Shown here one piece after another: positions 8,895-19,157 of a DNA stretch of 64,000 nucleotides. How positions within the stretch are numbered: position 1 is the first letter of the stretch; every line of letters starts with the position of its first letter. Source of the stretch: Candidatus Sumerlaeales bacterium (lineage in GTDB: Bacteria; Sumerlaeota; Sumerlaeia; Sumerlaeales; Sumerlaeaceae); NCBI GenBank assembly GCA_038243585.1, contig JBBSQY010000013.1:1-64000 (forward strand), written 5' to 3'. Both the position numbers and the translations under genes were made by a program. The notes beneath the pieces were generated by a model, which was not told where the DNA came from, did no database searches, and was given only the letters and a program-made list of their open reading frames with translations.

Positions 8895-9644
8895 TTGGGC
8901 AATCAGCACCAGGTAATTTTGACACTGCCTGCCTATAACGAGGCTGATAACCTGCGAGCGCTTGTAGAGCACGCAGTTAAAGTATTTAAGCAAAGCAGTT
9001 TCAACTGGCTTATTATAGTCGTTAACGACGGGTCATCAGACACAACTGGGGGGGTCTTGGAGGAGTTGCGGCACGAATACGGCATCCAAGTCATCACCCA
9101 CCAGGAAAATAAGGGACTTGGCCGTGCAATTATGACTGGCCTCCGTAGAGCAGTAGAGGCGTCTAGATCCGCTGATGATATTATCATCTGCATGGACGCC
9201 GACAACACCCATTCCCCCGACTACATACCACTGATGACTAACAAGGTATGGCGTCAAGGCTATGATATTGTGATAGCGAGCCGCTATCAGCCTGGAAGCC
9301 AGGAAGTTGGCGTTCCGCTATTTCGACTTCTACTCAGCCGAACAGCCCGCTACGTTTTCCAGACAATTCTACGTCTGCCAGGTGTCCGCGATTATACGTG
9401 TGGATTCCGCGCCTATCATGCCGGCCTGATAAGTGATGCACTTGCAAAACATGGCGATGGACTAATACAGCGAGAAGGGTTTGCCTGTACAGATGAGCTA
9501 TTAGTGCGCTTGAGCCGCATAACTCAGCGCATCACAGAAGTGCCCTTTGTACTGCGGTACGATCAAAAGCGTAGCCGCAGCAAACTTCCCTTGTTTAAAA
9601 CCATATGGGAAACGCTAAAATTACTGAAGGAATCAAGGATGTAG
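8895..9644 (+). CDS. GT2 glycosyltransferase (polyprenol-phosphate sugar synthase-like)
   Basis: LPAYNE, VNDGSSD, MDADNTH and DYTCGFRAY motifs. Confidence 0.9.
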   Translation: MGNQHQVILTLPAYNEADNLRALVEHAVKVFKQSSFNWLIIVVNDGSSDTTGGVLEELRHEYGIQVITHQENKGLGRAIMTGLRRAVEASRSADDIIICMDADNTHSPDYIPLMTNKVWRQGYDIVIASRYQPGSQEVGVPLFRLLLSRTARYVFQTILRLPGVRDYTCGFRAYHAGLISDALAKHGDGLIQREGFACTDELLVRLSRITQRITEVPFVLRYDQKRSRSKLPLFKTIWETLKLLKESRM

Positions 9645-9687
9645 TATTCGAATTTTTCACGCAGCAGTGGTGCGTAAAGCCACTCAA

Positions 9688-10503
9688 CTACTCAATTAGC
9701 CCCGTCTCTTTCTTCAACGCCTTCACTTCATTTTGCTTAAGCACGCGATAGCTGCCCGGTTTCATATCGCCCAGTTCTATTTTTCCTTCCCGCACCCGCA
9801 TAAGCCGCCGCACATCCAGCCCTACAGCTTCGCACATACGCCTAACCTGGCGTTTACGCCCTTCTTTTAAAACAACTCCCATTACAGTAACTGGCGCACC
9901 GTTCTCACCCGCTCCCTCACGGACCTCACGCACCCACACCCGCGCTGGCAAGGTTATCTGACCTTCTATGTCGATGCCGTCGCGCATGTCCTGAATGTCT
10001 TCGTCTCGAGGCCTGCCATTCACTGTGACCTGATACTCTTTTTCGATCTCGTATTTTGGATGAGTCAGCCGGTAGATTAAGTCCCCATCATTCGTAAACA
10101 GCAAAAGCCCTTCAGAATCACGGTCAAGACGCCCTACCGGGACCACTCGATCCCGCACGCCTTTTAGCAAATCCAGCACGGTTTTTCTTCCACCCGGATC
10201 GTCTAGTGTGGTAATAAAACCCCGTGGCTTATTTAGCGCGAGATAAGTAAAGGATCGCGCTCGTGCCGACTGCACAGGCCTGCCATCCACTAACACCTTC
10301 GACCGCTTCGGATCAATGCGCATGCCCAGACTATCGGCCAGCACACCATCCACCATTACGCGCCGGGCATACACAATTTCTGCCGCGCCACGGCGAGAAC
10401 ACAGACCCGCCTCCGAAAGGAATTTCTGCAAACGGATAGTGTTTAGGTTCGTATCGTTTTCGGAAAGACCAAGGTCGTTCCGTTCAGGGAATTTTTTCTT
10501 CAT
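9688..10503 (-). CDS. rluB: S4-domain rRNA pseudouridine synthase (RluB/RsuA family)
   Basis: RLQKFLSEAGLCSRR, NKPRG, GRLDRDSEGLL and EGRKRQVRRM motifs. Confidence 0.9.
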   Translation of the reverse strand: MKKKFPERNDLGLSENDTNLNTIRLQKFLSEAGLCSRRGAAEIVYARRVMVDGVLADSLGMRIDPKRSKVLVDGRPVQSARARSFTYLALNKPRGFITTLDDPGGRKTVLDLLKGVRDRVVPVGRLDRDSEGLLLFTNDGDLIYRLTHPKYEIEKEYQVTVNGRPRDEDIQDMRDGIDIEGQITLPARVWVREVREGAGENGAPVTVMGVVLKEGRKRQVRRMCEAVGLDVRRLMRVREGKIELGDMKPGSYRVLKQNEVKALKKETGLIE

Positions 10504-10545
10504 AAGATTCCCGCCAACAAACCTCTGGATGTATAATCTATTTCT

Positions 10546-11568
10546 ATGAACCGTCTTTCTCCGGAACTGGAACGCTTTTTTAACGAATCACAGAGCCTTG
10601 TGGATGACACCTTACGTAAGATTATTACGCCCCACAAGCATCGCATTGCAAACCTCGACGACGGCCTTGCCTATTCCCTTGGCTTGGATCCCGAAGGCTC
10701 GGATTCCGGAAAACGTATTCGACCCCTGCTTTGTCTTTTAGTATGCCGGGAACTCAGCGGAAACTCACGTCCTGCCCTCCCTTTCGCGGCCGCAATAGAA
10801 CTGATGCACAATTTTTGCCTAGTACACGACGATATTGAAGATGGAGACGAAATGCGTCGCGGGCGTCCCTCCGTTTGGAAAAAATACGGCTTGCCCCACG
10901 CCATAAACATCGGAGACTACCTATTCACCAAGGTTTTTGAAGCTCTGCTTTTAGATAGCTACAGTATGCCGCCCGACCGTCAGGTCCGACTGTTCGAGTT
11001 GATGCGCTCGACTTTGGATCATACTCACCGGGGGCAGGCTCTCGACATGAATGCTCGTGAATCTCGGATTACCGTTGATGATTACATGCATTTAGTTACT
11101 GAAAAAACAGGACATTATCTGGCCGCGCCGATGATCGCTGGCGGCATCTGTGCGGATGCAGGGGCATATGTGACTGCCGCCCTTGGCACTTTCGGCCTCA
11201 TGATTGGCCCAATGTTTCAGATTCGGGACGACGTAATCGATCTAACCCATGGCAAGGGACGCGGCTCCATCGGTAATGACATTCGAGAAGGAAAACGCAG
11301 TTTTCTGGTAGCTCATGCCTCAGAAAACGCTGACCCAGTGGATAAAGATAGCCTTATGGTTATTCTCGATCTGCCGCGCAACGATACCACGGACGCCGAT
11401 ATTCAAGCAGTCCTCGCCATATTCGAAAAGTGCGGTGCAATGCGGGCGGCGGATGCGCGATGCGAGGAACTAAAGCAAAAAGCTGTAATCGCCCTTCAAC
11501 CGCTACCGGTCAACCTTCGTGAGCGGTTGCTTGAAGTCACAGAGTATCTTACAGCACGCACAGTATAA
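10546..11568 (+). CDS. polyprenyl (GGPP-type) diphosphate synthase
   Basis: GKRIRP, HDDIEDGDEMRRG, GQALD and FQIRDD motifs. Confidence 0.93.
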   Translation: MNRLSPELERFFNESQSLVDDTLRKIITPHKHRIANLDDGLAYSLGLDPEGSDSGKRIRPLLCLLVCRELSGNSRPALPFAAAIELMHNFCLVHDDIEDGDEMRRGRPSVWKKYGLPHAINIGDYLFTKVFEALLLDSYSMPPDRQVRLFELMRSTLDHTHRGQALDMNARESRITVDDYMHLVTEKTGHYLAAPMIAGGICADAGAYVTAALGTFGLMIGPMFQIRDDVIDLTHGKGRGSIGNDIREGKRSFLVAHASENADPVDKDSLMVILDLPRNDTTDADIQAVLAIFEKCGAMRAADARCEELKQKAVIALQPLPVNLRERLLEVTEYLTARTV

Positions 11569-11578
11569 CGGCGGCATT

Positions 11579-12172
11579 TTGAACAAAACGGCTACAGCGC
11601 ACGGTTGCGTCGGCTTGTTAGGCGGCAGTTTTAGCCCGCCCCACATGGGCCATGTACTTGCCTGCCACTACGCGCTTCTACGTTGGAACCTTCAAAAAGT
11701 AATAGTTCTACCCAGTTTCGCCCACCCGTTTGGCAAGCCCCTACCACCGTTTGAAGACCGCCTGGCCATGTGTCACTTGGCATTTATGCACTTACGTGAT
11801 TACGTAGAACTAAGCGACGTCGAACGTCAAATGGGTGGCGTTAGTTACACAATTGATACTGTGCGAGAACTGACACGCCAGCATCCGTCAGCCAAATTCC
11901 GTTTACTGGTAGGCGGCGATATACTTCCTGACACACAGAAATGGCGAGAGTTCGAAGAACTAATCAGCCTCGCCCCGCTGCTTGTAATTCCACGCATTAC
12001 TGACGGCGATATTCAGGGAGGTACAATATCTGAGGCCGCCCTTCCTGAAGTCAGTAGCACAAAAATCCGCCAAAATATTGCCTCCGGAGATACACCGTCG
12101 GGGGCCGTTCCTGCGCTCGTACTGGATTACATCTTACAGCACGGTCTTTACATGGATGAAGCTTTAAGGTAA
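11579..12172 (+). CDS. nadD: nicotinate-nucleotide adenylyltransferase
   Basis: GGSFSPPHMGH, SYTIDT, LLVGGD and VSSTKIR motifs. The TTG start is approximate. Confidence 0.93.
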   Translation: MNKTATAHGCVGLLGGSFSPPHMGHVLACHYALLRWNLQKVIVLPSFAHPFGKPLPPFEDRLAMCHLAFMHLRDYVELSDVERQMGGVSYTIDTVRELTRQHPSAKFRLLVGGDILPDTQKWREFEELISLAPLLVIPRITDGDIQGGTISEAALPEVSSTKIRQNIASGDTPSGAVPALVLDYILQHGLYMDEALR

Positions 12173-12459
12173 ATATCTTGAGACTACACTCCCGCATGCG
12201 CGTATCCAGCCAATCTGTGACCTATGACTCAGTACGTTGCTTAAGTATTTTCGGAAACATTTATCCATACTGGATATTAATTTTAGGCGGTCTACCAATA
12301 CTTGAGCGCGCATTAGTTCGAAACCACTACTTTAAGTCGTCTGCAATGGTTTAAACCTAAGCTTCTTGACAGCGTAGCAATAAACTTTCCCGTATGTTAT
12401 AGCTCCGAAAAAATAGTTTCAAAACAGACAATAGATTACAATAGCACACGGAGGCTTAC

Positions 12460-14148
12460 ATGTCGGAAAAAGATGATTCAAAAAAACCGGTCGGTGATAA
12501 TGTCCTGACAACCCGTCAGGGCCATCCGGTGGCTAACAACCAGTCCCAGCGTACCATCGGAGACCGCGGCCCTGCTACGTTGGAAAATTACCATGTTCTA
12601 GAAAAAATCAGCCATTTTGATCGCGAACGAATCCCCGAACGCGTCGTCCACGCCCGCGGCTTTACGTGCTACGGAGAGTTTAAGGCGACCGGCATGATTG
12701 GCGATGATCCGTCGTCGAAATATACACGGGCAAAGATTTTTGCAGAAAAGGGCAAGGTAACTCCTCTTGCTATCCGTTTCTCCACCGTTATCGGTGGGCG
12801 CGATTCGTCAGAAGTCGCTCGCGATCCCCGCGGATTTGCAGTTAAATTCTATACTGAGGACGGCAACTGGGATTTGGTCGGTAACAATCTTGCAATCTTC
12901 TTCATTCGCGATGCCATAAAATTTCCAGATGTGATTCACTCTCTGAAGCCAGATCCAATTACGTTCCGTCAGGAACCAAACCGTATATTCGATTTTATGA
13001 GCCAGACTCCTGAATCTATGCATATGCTGACGCACCTATTTAGCCCCCGCGGCATCCCCGCCAGCTATAGGCACATGGAAGGCTTTGGCGTTAACACTTA
13101 TAAGATGATTAACGCGGAAGGAACGCCCGTACTGGTAAAATACCACTTCCATCCGCGCTGTGGGCTAGCCAGCTTAACCGCTGCTGAAGCTGAAAAAGTA
13201 CAGGGTAAAGATCTTGGATCCGCGTCCAAAGATCTCTACGAGGCTATTGAGCGGAAAGATTTTCCCGAATGGGACCTGCTAGTTCAGATCATGGACGATA
13301 GTTATCATCCAGAGCTCGAATGGGATCCGCTTGACGACACCAAAATTTGGCCAGAGGATCAGTTTCCCTTGCGTCACATAGGTGTCATGACACTTAATCG
13401 GAATGTTTCTGACCATCACAACGAGAATGAGCAAATTGCCATGGGCACCGGCGTTCTCATAGATGGACTGGATTTTTCAGATGATAAAATGCTTATAGGA
13501 CGGACATTTTCCTATTCGGATACACAGCGGTATCGGGTTGGGCCTAACTACCTGCAACTGCCGGTAAACCAGCCTCGAGGCTGTCCGTACACTAATCAGC
13601 GCGGCGGCCAGATGTCCTTCAGCACGGACCTCGCTCCGGGACAAAATCCTCATGTAAATTTTGAACCATCGATCCACAACGGACTAAAAACTGCGGACCC
13701 CAAACCGAATCACCAGCCTGAGATCAAGGGTCAATTAACCCAGAGCGTTCTCGAACGGACGAACGATTACGAGCAGGCACGTGCCCGTTATTGCACAATG
13801 ATGGACTGGGAGCGTGATGATCTGGTGCTAAACATGGGAGGCTTACTTTCCCAGTGCGAGCGCGACGTGCAGGAGCGCATGCTTTGGCACTTTTTTATGG
13901 TTCATGATGATTATGGCTCACGAGTTGGAAGTCACTTTAGCATGACTGCTGCCGATGTAAAACACTTGGATTTGTTACCAGGCCAGGTTTTTACGGCAAA
14001 GGAAAACACACGCCGAGAAAACCTTGGTAACAACAAGGACGCAATGGATCCGTCTGTCTGGGGCAAGCACACAAGCTCCGTGAAAAATTATCAAGCTTCC
14101 GCAGAAGAAGTTTTGGGCGGGATGCGTGATGTTCCTTGTAAGAACTAA
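12460..14148 (+). CDS. monofunctional heme catalase
   Basis: [25 protein letters not shown] and [12 protein letters not shown] motifs; GGAGG RBS. Confidence 0.97.
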   Translation: MSEKDDSKKPVGDNVLTTRQGHPVANNQSQRTIGDRGPATLENYHVLEKISHFDRERIPERVVHARGFTCYGEFKATGMIGDDPSSKYTRAKIFAEKGKVTPLAIRFSTVIGGRDSSEVARDPRGFAVKFYTEDGNWDLVGNNLAIFFIRDAIKFPDVIHSLKPDPITFRQEPNRIFDFMSQTPESMHMLTHLFSPRGIPASYRHMEGFGVNTYKMINAEGTPVLVKYHFHPRCGLASLTAAEAEKVQGKDLGSASKDLYEAIERKDFPEWDLLVQIMDDSYHPELEWDPLDDTKIWPEDQFPLRHIGVMTLNRNVSDHHNENEQIAMGTGVLIDGLDFSDDKMLIGRTFSYSDTQRYRVGPNYLQLPVNQPRGCPYTNQRGGQMSFSTDLAPGQNPHVNFEPSIHNGLKTADPKPNHQPEIKGQLTQSVLERTNDYEQARARYCTMMDWERDDLVLNMGGLLSQCERDVQERMLWHFFMVHDDYGSRVGSHFSMTAADVKHLDLLPGQVFTAKENTRRENLGNNKDAMDPSVWGKHTSSVKNYQASAEEVLGGMRDVPCKN

Positions 14149-14184
14149 TTAGCCACACGAAATAATACCGTATTGCAAATTAAC

Positions 14185-14231
14185 GGGGCAAGATCTGGCA
14201 ATTAGTCGCCAGGTCTTGTCCCATAGTTTTT
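14185..14231 (+). terminator. intrinsic terminator after catalase
   Basis: 15-bp stem GGGGCAAGATCTGGC/GCCAGGTCTTGTCCC (2 G-U pairs) followed by a T-tract. Confidence 0.75.
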
Positions 14232-14398
14232 GGTTCTCCATCTTTTGCCTGACATACTAGCGAATTTTAAAGTGGTCAGTCACATTTCACGTTCCCAACT
14301 ACCAAGACTTTCCGAGTACTAGGAATACAGAGTGTACGATAAACACATCTGAGTTACGAAGGATAGTAGATGCGGCGGTGTAATTCCACAATGCTGCC

Positions 14399-16576
14399 TT
14401 ACCTGGTTCTAGTCCAAACTCTCGTGCTGGATACTTTATCATCTACCGCTTTAACCTCTGACGCATTAGCTTCCTGGAGGTGCCACTCGTCTTCCACACT
14501 TACATTTAAATGGCCTAATCCTGGCTTTTTGGAAAGTCCTAAGACTGTAAGAGTCTGGCTGGTCGCTATAATTGACACCGTATGCCCTCGTACCTGAATG
14601 TTATTAATGGAAAGTGAAGGCCACGCCATCGGAAGGTTTGGCTTTAAAGCAATGCCATTAGCTGTTGGGGAGAAGCCAAGGAAGCCTTCGAGCATTACAT
14701 GGGGAACCATGACGCTTTCAAAAAACTCGTTGTCCATACCTAATCCGCCGGGAGGGCCGCCGCCCTGCAGGGTGCCTTCATGGGTTTCCCCGTCGTAATA
14801 TTCGCGGTATCCGCCTTCCGCCATAACTTCCCTATACCATTCGAGAATAGTATCAAGGCGCTTAGCGGCGTCGTTCGGGCCGTACGTCTTAAGCCTAGCC
14901 ATTATGTCGTGATAAGAGAAGCCAAGCACTGCTCCCCCATCCTGCACCTGATTTCCAAAAGGGATAGAATCAGCACCATGCCAGTACCAGCCGTAGTGGC
15001 TGATGTTGCGGCGGGTGCTGGCGCGCGGTGCAAATCGCCAGTGATAGATGTCAGTCGTTTGAGAGGTATCATCGGCGACTTCGCGCTTTCCGCTTATCCA
15101 ATCGAGAATTGACATGGCGTGGTCGCTGGTGGCAAATCCGTAATATATGGCTTCAAGGTTTACAAATGTATAGCCGAAATCCGCTTGGCCTCCGGCGGAG
15201 TCAATACCAAGAGTAAAGCGTCCGGTGACGTCATTCCAGAACAGAAGGTTTCCGTTTTCTTTTCCCATCGCGGCCTGCCTCCGCCAGTGATCAGCAGAAC
15301 GCGCAAGTGGTGATGGAGCGATATTCCAACCGGGATTCTTCGCTACTTCCTCCTCAATTGCAGCCATCTTGAGTGCGGCACCGTAATGGCGAATAGTGGC
15401 ATAAGAATCCTGTCTGCCAAACGGCAATAGGTCCCAGTAGTTATTGCCAATCCCCATTCCGCCTTGCGGTTTTGGTTTTCCATTATGATCGCGAAGGACT
15501 CCAGTAAGTCCTTCGTGACCGACCCATGGAACTGTGACAATTCCGTCTTTATCTGTTCCAAACTCTGTCTCCATAAACCGCATGGCTAGTCGAATACGTT
15601 CTATATTGTCGCGCAGGAAATTCAGGTCACCAGTCCAATAGAAATAATCAATGCAGGCCGAAACGAAGCTGGGGTTATTTACATTATGGCGAGTATCGTA
15701 CTGCGCAAACAGCGCCTGAATGGTGACCAACCCGCCCGAAGTTGGATTATCGATACCAAAACGGAGACTAGTAATAACGCCTCTCCATTTAGGATGACGG
15801 TAAACCGGGACCATCGTGTATTCAACTGCTCCGTTGGTTGGAGGGTCGAAATAAAAACGTCGTTCGGCAGCAAAGTCGGGAGCAGCGTCGGTAGTCCACT
15901 CAAGATATGGTGTGGCAGTGGCAGGCAGACCCTCGGCACGCCATCGAATTTGGACAAAAGGCGCTTCATGTGAATTGCTTGTAAAAGGTGGCGGGGAAAT
16001 AAGGGCATCGGCAGTAGTAAGCCGCAGCGTCCAGCCTTCTTCCTGAAGGCCTAAAGATTCCGTCCCGGTGGTTTTCCAATCTTCCGGCGTGGCAATGGAA
16101 TTTGGTCGCCAGGTCGGGCCAACAGTTTTATGAAACGAAAAATGCCAGCCAAAACTCTTAGCGCTTTGATTCCAAAATGGAAACGGCCAGCCACGCTGAT
16201 GGGCAATAGATCCGTGTTGATGGGTAGCGACATAACCATCTAAATCAATGTGACGCTCCAGCAAGGTATCGCGCCAGGCGGTTGCGGCTTCATCGGCGCG
16301 AGTTGCTGGCCAAAGTGAAGGCGGCAGCAGCCATTCATCCCATAACGTAGCCTTTGGAGCCGGGCCGTAATGCTGGTAGAAGAAATCTCGCAGCGCAAGG
16401 GACTCATCCGGATGATTTATAATATTAAAACTTGGAAAATCCTCAGGAATAGCAGTTCCCCGGGCAGAAAGAGTATCGGAACTGGCTGCCGATACTGCCG
16501 GATATAAGAACAGGGTCAGTGCCAACCTACGGACCAGGTTTACAACAGTTCTGAAAACGACCGTACTGTTCGGCAT
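14399..16576 (-). CDS. secreted putative glycoside hydrolase, (alpha/alpha)6-barrel-like with a GH65-like C-terminal segment
   Basis: Signal peptide, YFYWTGDLNFL, NYWD, and C-terminal GFLGFSP...LKPNLP..WPSLSI. Family not assignable by eye. Confidence 0.6.
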   Translation of the reverse strand: MPNSTVVFRTVVNLVRRLALTLFLYPAVSAASSDTLSARGTAIPEDFPSFNIINHPDESLALRDFFYQHYGPAPKATLWDEWLLPPSLWPATRADEAATAWRDTLLERHIDLDGYVATHQHGSIAHQRGWPFPFWNQSAKSFGWHFSFHKTVGPTWRPNSIATPEDWKTTGTESLGLQEEGWTLRLTTADALISPPPFTSNSHEAPFVQIRWRAEGLPATATPYLEWTTDAAPDFAAERRFYFDPPTNGAVEYTMVPVYRHPKWRGVITSLRFGIDNPTSGGLVTIQALFAQYDTRHNVNNPSFVSACIDYFYWTGDLNFLRDNIERIRLAMRFMETEFGTDKDGIVTVPWVGHEGLTGVLRDHNGKPKPQGGMGIGNNYWDLLPFGRQDSYATIRHYGAALKMAAIEEEVAKNPGWNIAPSPLARSADHWRRQAAMGKENGNLLFWNDVTGRFTLGIDSAGGQADFGYTFVNLEAIYYGFATSDHAMSILDWISGKREVADDTSQTTDIYHWRFAPRASTRRNISHYGWYWHGADSIPFGNQVQDGGAVLGFSYHDIMARLKTYGPNDAAKRLDTILEWYREVMAEGGYREYYDGETHEGTLQGGGPPGGLGMDNEFFESVMVPHVMLEGFLGFSPTANGIALKPNLPMAWPSLSINNIQVRGHTVSIIATSQTLTVLGLSKKPGLGHLNVSVEDEWHLQEANASEVKAVDDKVSSTRVWTRTR

Positions 16577-16584
16577 TTGGAGTT

Positions 16585-17634
16585 CTACTTCACTCCTGCC
16601 AATTTCTGGACAGGTTTTGCCTTAACCATATCTTTAACCAGAAATGATTTTAAAAACTTTGCTGCCTCTTCCGGTGCGGTTGGGTTGATAAAAAAACCAG
16701 TTCCCCACTCAAATCCGGCGCTTCGGGTAAGCTTGGGCGTAATTTCCATATGCCAGTGGTAATAGGGAACATTACCTGTTCCATCATACGGCGTTGAGTG
16801 AATAACAAAGTTATAAGCAGGATCATTGAGAGCCATCTTCATCAAAGAAAGTGTGGTCTTCATGATCCGCGAAAAATCCTGCACCTGGTTCTTTTGAATT
16901 TGGTCAAAGAAACTACTATGTTCTTTTGGAACAATCCAGGTTTCAAACGGAGATCGACTGGCAAAAGGCATAAAACTGACGAACATGTCGCTTTCCACTA
17001 GCAGCCTCTCGTTTCCTTTCAGCTCCTGTTGAATCATATCGCAATAGCAACAGCGTTCTTTATACTCAAAATATCTATGCGCCCCGGCCAGCTCTTCCTG
17101 CACTAGTTTCGGCACAATGGGCAGAGCAATGATTTGGCAGTGGGGATGGTCCTGACTGGCTCCGGCTTCGCTGCCCCAATTTTTAAATACCAGTATGTAG
17201 CGGACGTGCGCGTCTTTTTGGAGGTCTACACAACGATCGCGCATTGCCCAGATAATTTCCTGAATCTGTTCGACGCTGAGATCCGCAAATGTATGTTCAT
17301 GATCCGGCGATTCTATAAGTACTTCGTGGGTGCCGTAACCAGTGATGCGATCATACATACCCTCCCCGCTGCGCTTCAGCGGCCCTTCCGGACGCAAAGC
17401 TGGGAATTTATTGGGTATTGCCCGTAGCCACCAGCCTTCCGAATCCTTTTGCGTGCTGGTTGGGCGATAACTTAGGACTTCTGGCGGAGTGCTTTCCTCG
17501 TTGCCTGGGCAGAAGGGGCAAAACCCTCCTTTTTTTTCTCCATCGGCGCGAGTAAATTGGTCCGGCCGATTGGCGCGCTCTGTCGCAATAATAACCCATT
17601 GATTGGTAACGGGATCTTTTCGCAGTTCAGGCAT
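16585..17634 (-). CDS. galT: galactose-1-phosphate uridylyltransferase
   Basis: ELRKDP, CPFCPGNE, NKFPAL, GASQDHPHCQ and AGFEWGTG motifs. Confidence 0.96.
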   Translation of the reverse strand: MPELRKDPVTNQWVIIATERANRPDQFTRADGEKKGGFCPFCPGNEESTPPEVLSYRPTSTQKDSEGWWLRAIPNKFPALRPEGPLKRSGEGMYDRITGYGTHEVLIESPDHEHTFADLSVEQIQEIIWAMRDRCVDLQKDAHVRYILVFKNWGSEAGASQDHPHCQIIALPIVPKLVQEELAGAHRYFEYKERCCYCDMIQQELKGNERLLVESDMFVSFMPFASRSPFETWIVPKEHSSFFDQIQKNQVQDFSRIMKTTLSLMKMALNDPAYNFVIHSTPYDGTGNVPYYHWHMEITPKLTRSAGFEWGTGFFINPTAPEEAAKFLKSFLVKDMVKAKPVQKLAGVK

Positions 17635-17774
17635 GATATAGGAACCTCTGCATTAGTGGAAGACCATTGCTTAATTTGATATCACAAAAATGGATATCAA
17701 GATAAGCATGATTTGAGTTCTAGCTAATAATTATAGCATCATCAACCCAGTATGAACAGCTGTCGCCGAACTTT

Positions 17775-18950
17775 TTACGGAGTTGTTAGATCGAGTTTTG
17801 TGGGAGATGCGGGCGCCGGTGATACAGCACCGGGATTTCCAACAACTGTTTCAGTGTGTGCTTCTTCAATCAGTTTCGTTATCTCGTCCACGGGCGGAAT
17901 CGTCTGCAACACTTCGATATGCTTATTCCAGGTCGAGACGACGTTATTATCTTTCAATTCCATATAGAGTGTGCCTAACTGGCGACCTTCATACCCGCCG
18001 CTTACGACCTGAATACCGTTCAGTGCTTGGACACTGCCCTGAATCTGGCTATTTTCACCTAGAATAATTACATCCACAAGGCTTTTGTCCTCAACCCCAG
18101 CAATCAGCTTTTCCACATTGCCGCGCCGATCATAATTAAGAACGACCACAAAATCGGACTTCTGCTTTAGTTCCGGAAGATATTTGTTAACTGCCGCAAT
18201 GGGATCCGAAATCGACAAGGTATCACTGGAGTTGGCTGACCCGGAAGCTATTGAGGATGCCTGTCCCGCTGGCGCGCCGCTTAGTTCGACTCGTGGACGA
18301 GTAATCCCTAAAACGCCAACTCGAATTGACTGTCCGTTCGTCATCGTCACCTCGGATACGACATATGGCTCAAAAACAAGAGTACCTGTTGAATCCGCTA
18401 TATTAGATGAAACAAGCTTCACTCCCGCCTCTTCCGCCGTTTTTTTAAGTTCAGCGGGCGTAATTGTGAGATCTGTAAATCCTACGTTTACGACGTCGTA
18501 GCCAATTTTTCCCAAGCCTTTAAGGAGAATTTTCGACTGCTCAACGGTCTTCTGATCGGGCATGTCTCGTATAAAGCCACCTGCGTCCAATTGTATAGCG
18601 GGAATTTTCAGCTCATCGATTCTCTTAATGAGCCGTGCTTCTTTATCGAGTCCACCAAGTTGATGAGTTACACAGCCGCAGGGATCAACCTGAGACCGGC
18701 GGAATCCGCCGTAGGCAATAGCAAGAACCTCTGATGTGCGGGCTAGAAACTGCGAAGGAATGAGAAGTTCATCCAGCTTTTCCACCGTAAGGGGCTCAGC
18801 TTTCGGTGCCGGGGTTGGCGTGGGAGGAAATGCAATGGCCGGACGGGCTGAAGTGGTATTGTTGCTTGCTGCGTTATTCTGAGCTAAGCTTATACCGGCT
18901 GAGACCATAACCATCAGTCCAGCCAAGATGCTCCACTGGTTATTTATCAT
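17775..18950 (-). CDS. secreted UshA-like (5'-nucleotidase fold) protein with a PCGC motif
   Basis: Signal peptide; DPCGC...GGLDK, LDAGG, VSSNI, FEPY and RVGVLGIT; canonical metal ligands are degenerate. Confidence 0.7.
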   Translation of the reverse strand: MINNQWSILAGLMVMVSAGISLAQNNAASNNTTSARPAIAFPPTPTPAPKAEPLTVEKLDELLIPSQFLARTSEVLAIAYGGFRRSQVDPCGCVTHQLGGLDKEARLIKRIDELKIPAIQLDAGGFIRDMPDQKTVEQSKILLKGLGKIGYDVVNVGFTDLTITPAELKKTAEEAGVKLVSSNIADSTGTLVFEPYVVSEVTMTNGQSIRVGVLGITRPRVELSGAPAGQASSIASGSANSSDTLSISDPIAAVNKYLPELKQKSDFVVVLNYDRRGNVEKLIAGVEDKSLVDVIILGENSQIQGSVQALNGIQVVSGGYEGRQLGTLYMELKDNNVVSTWNKHIEVLQTIPPVDEITKLIEEAHTETVVGNPGAVSPAPASPTKLDLTTP

Positions 18951-19157
18951 GTTTCGGATTCCTGATTTTTAAGATATGTATTAAAATTGACGCAGGGAAC
19001 TACACTGTCAAACCTGATAACTTAATATATACCAAAAAGTGTAAAAGCGGCAATCAACGATATTGAGCTTAATAAACGAAACCGCATTTGACACAACTGA
19101 TGCGGTAGTTGGAAAAAAGCAAAAGCAACAAAACCAGATGCGGAAAAAATCTTTGTA

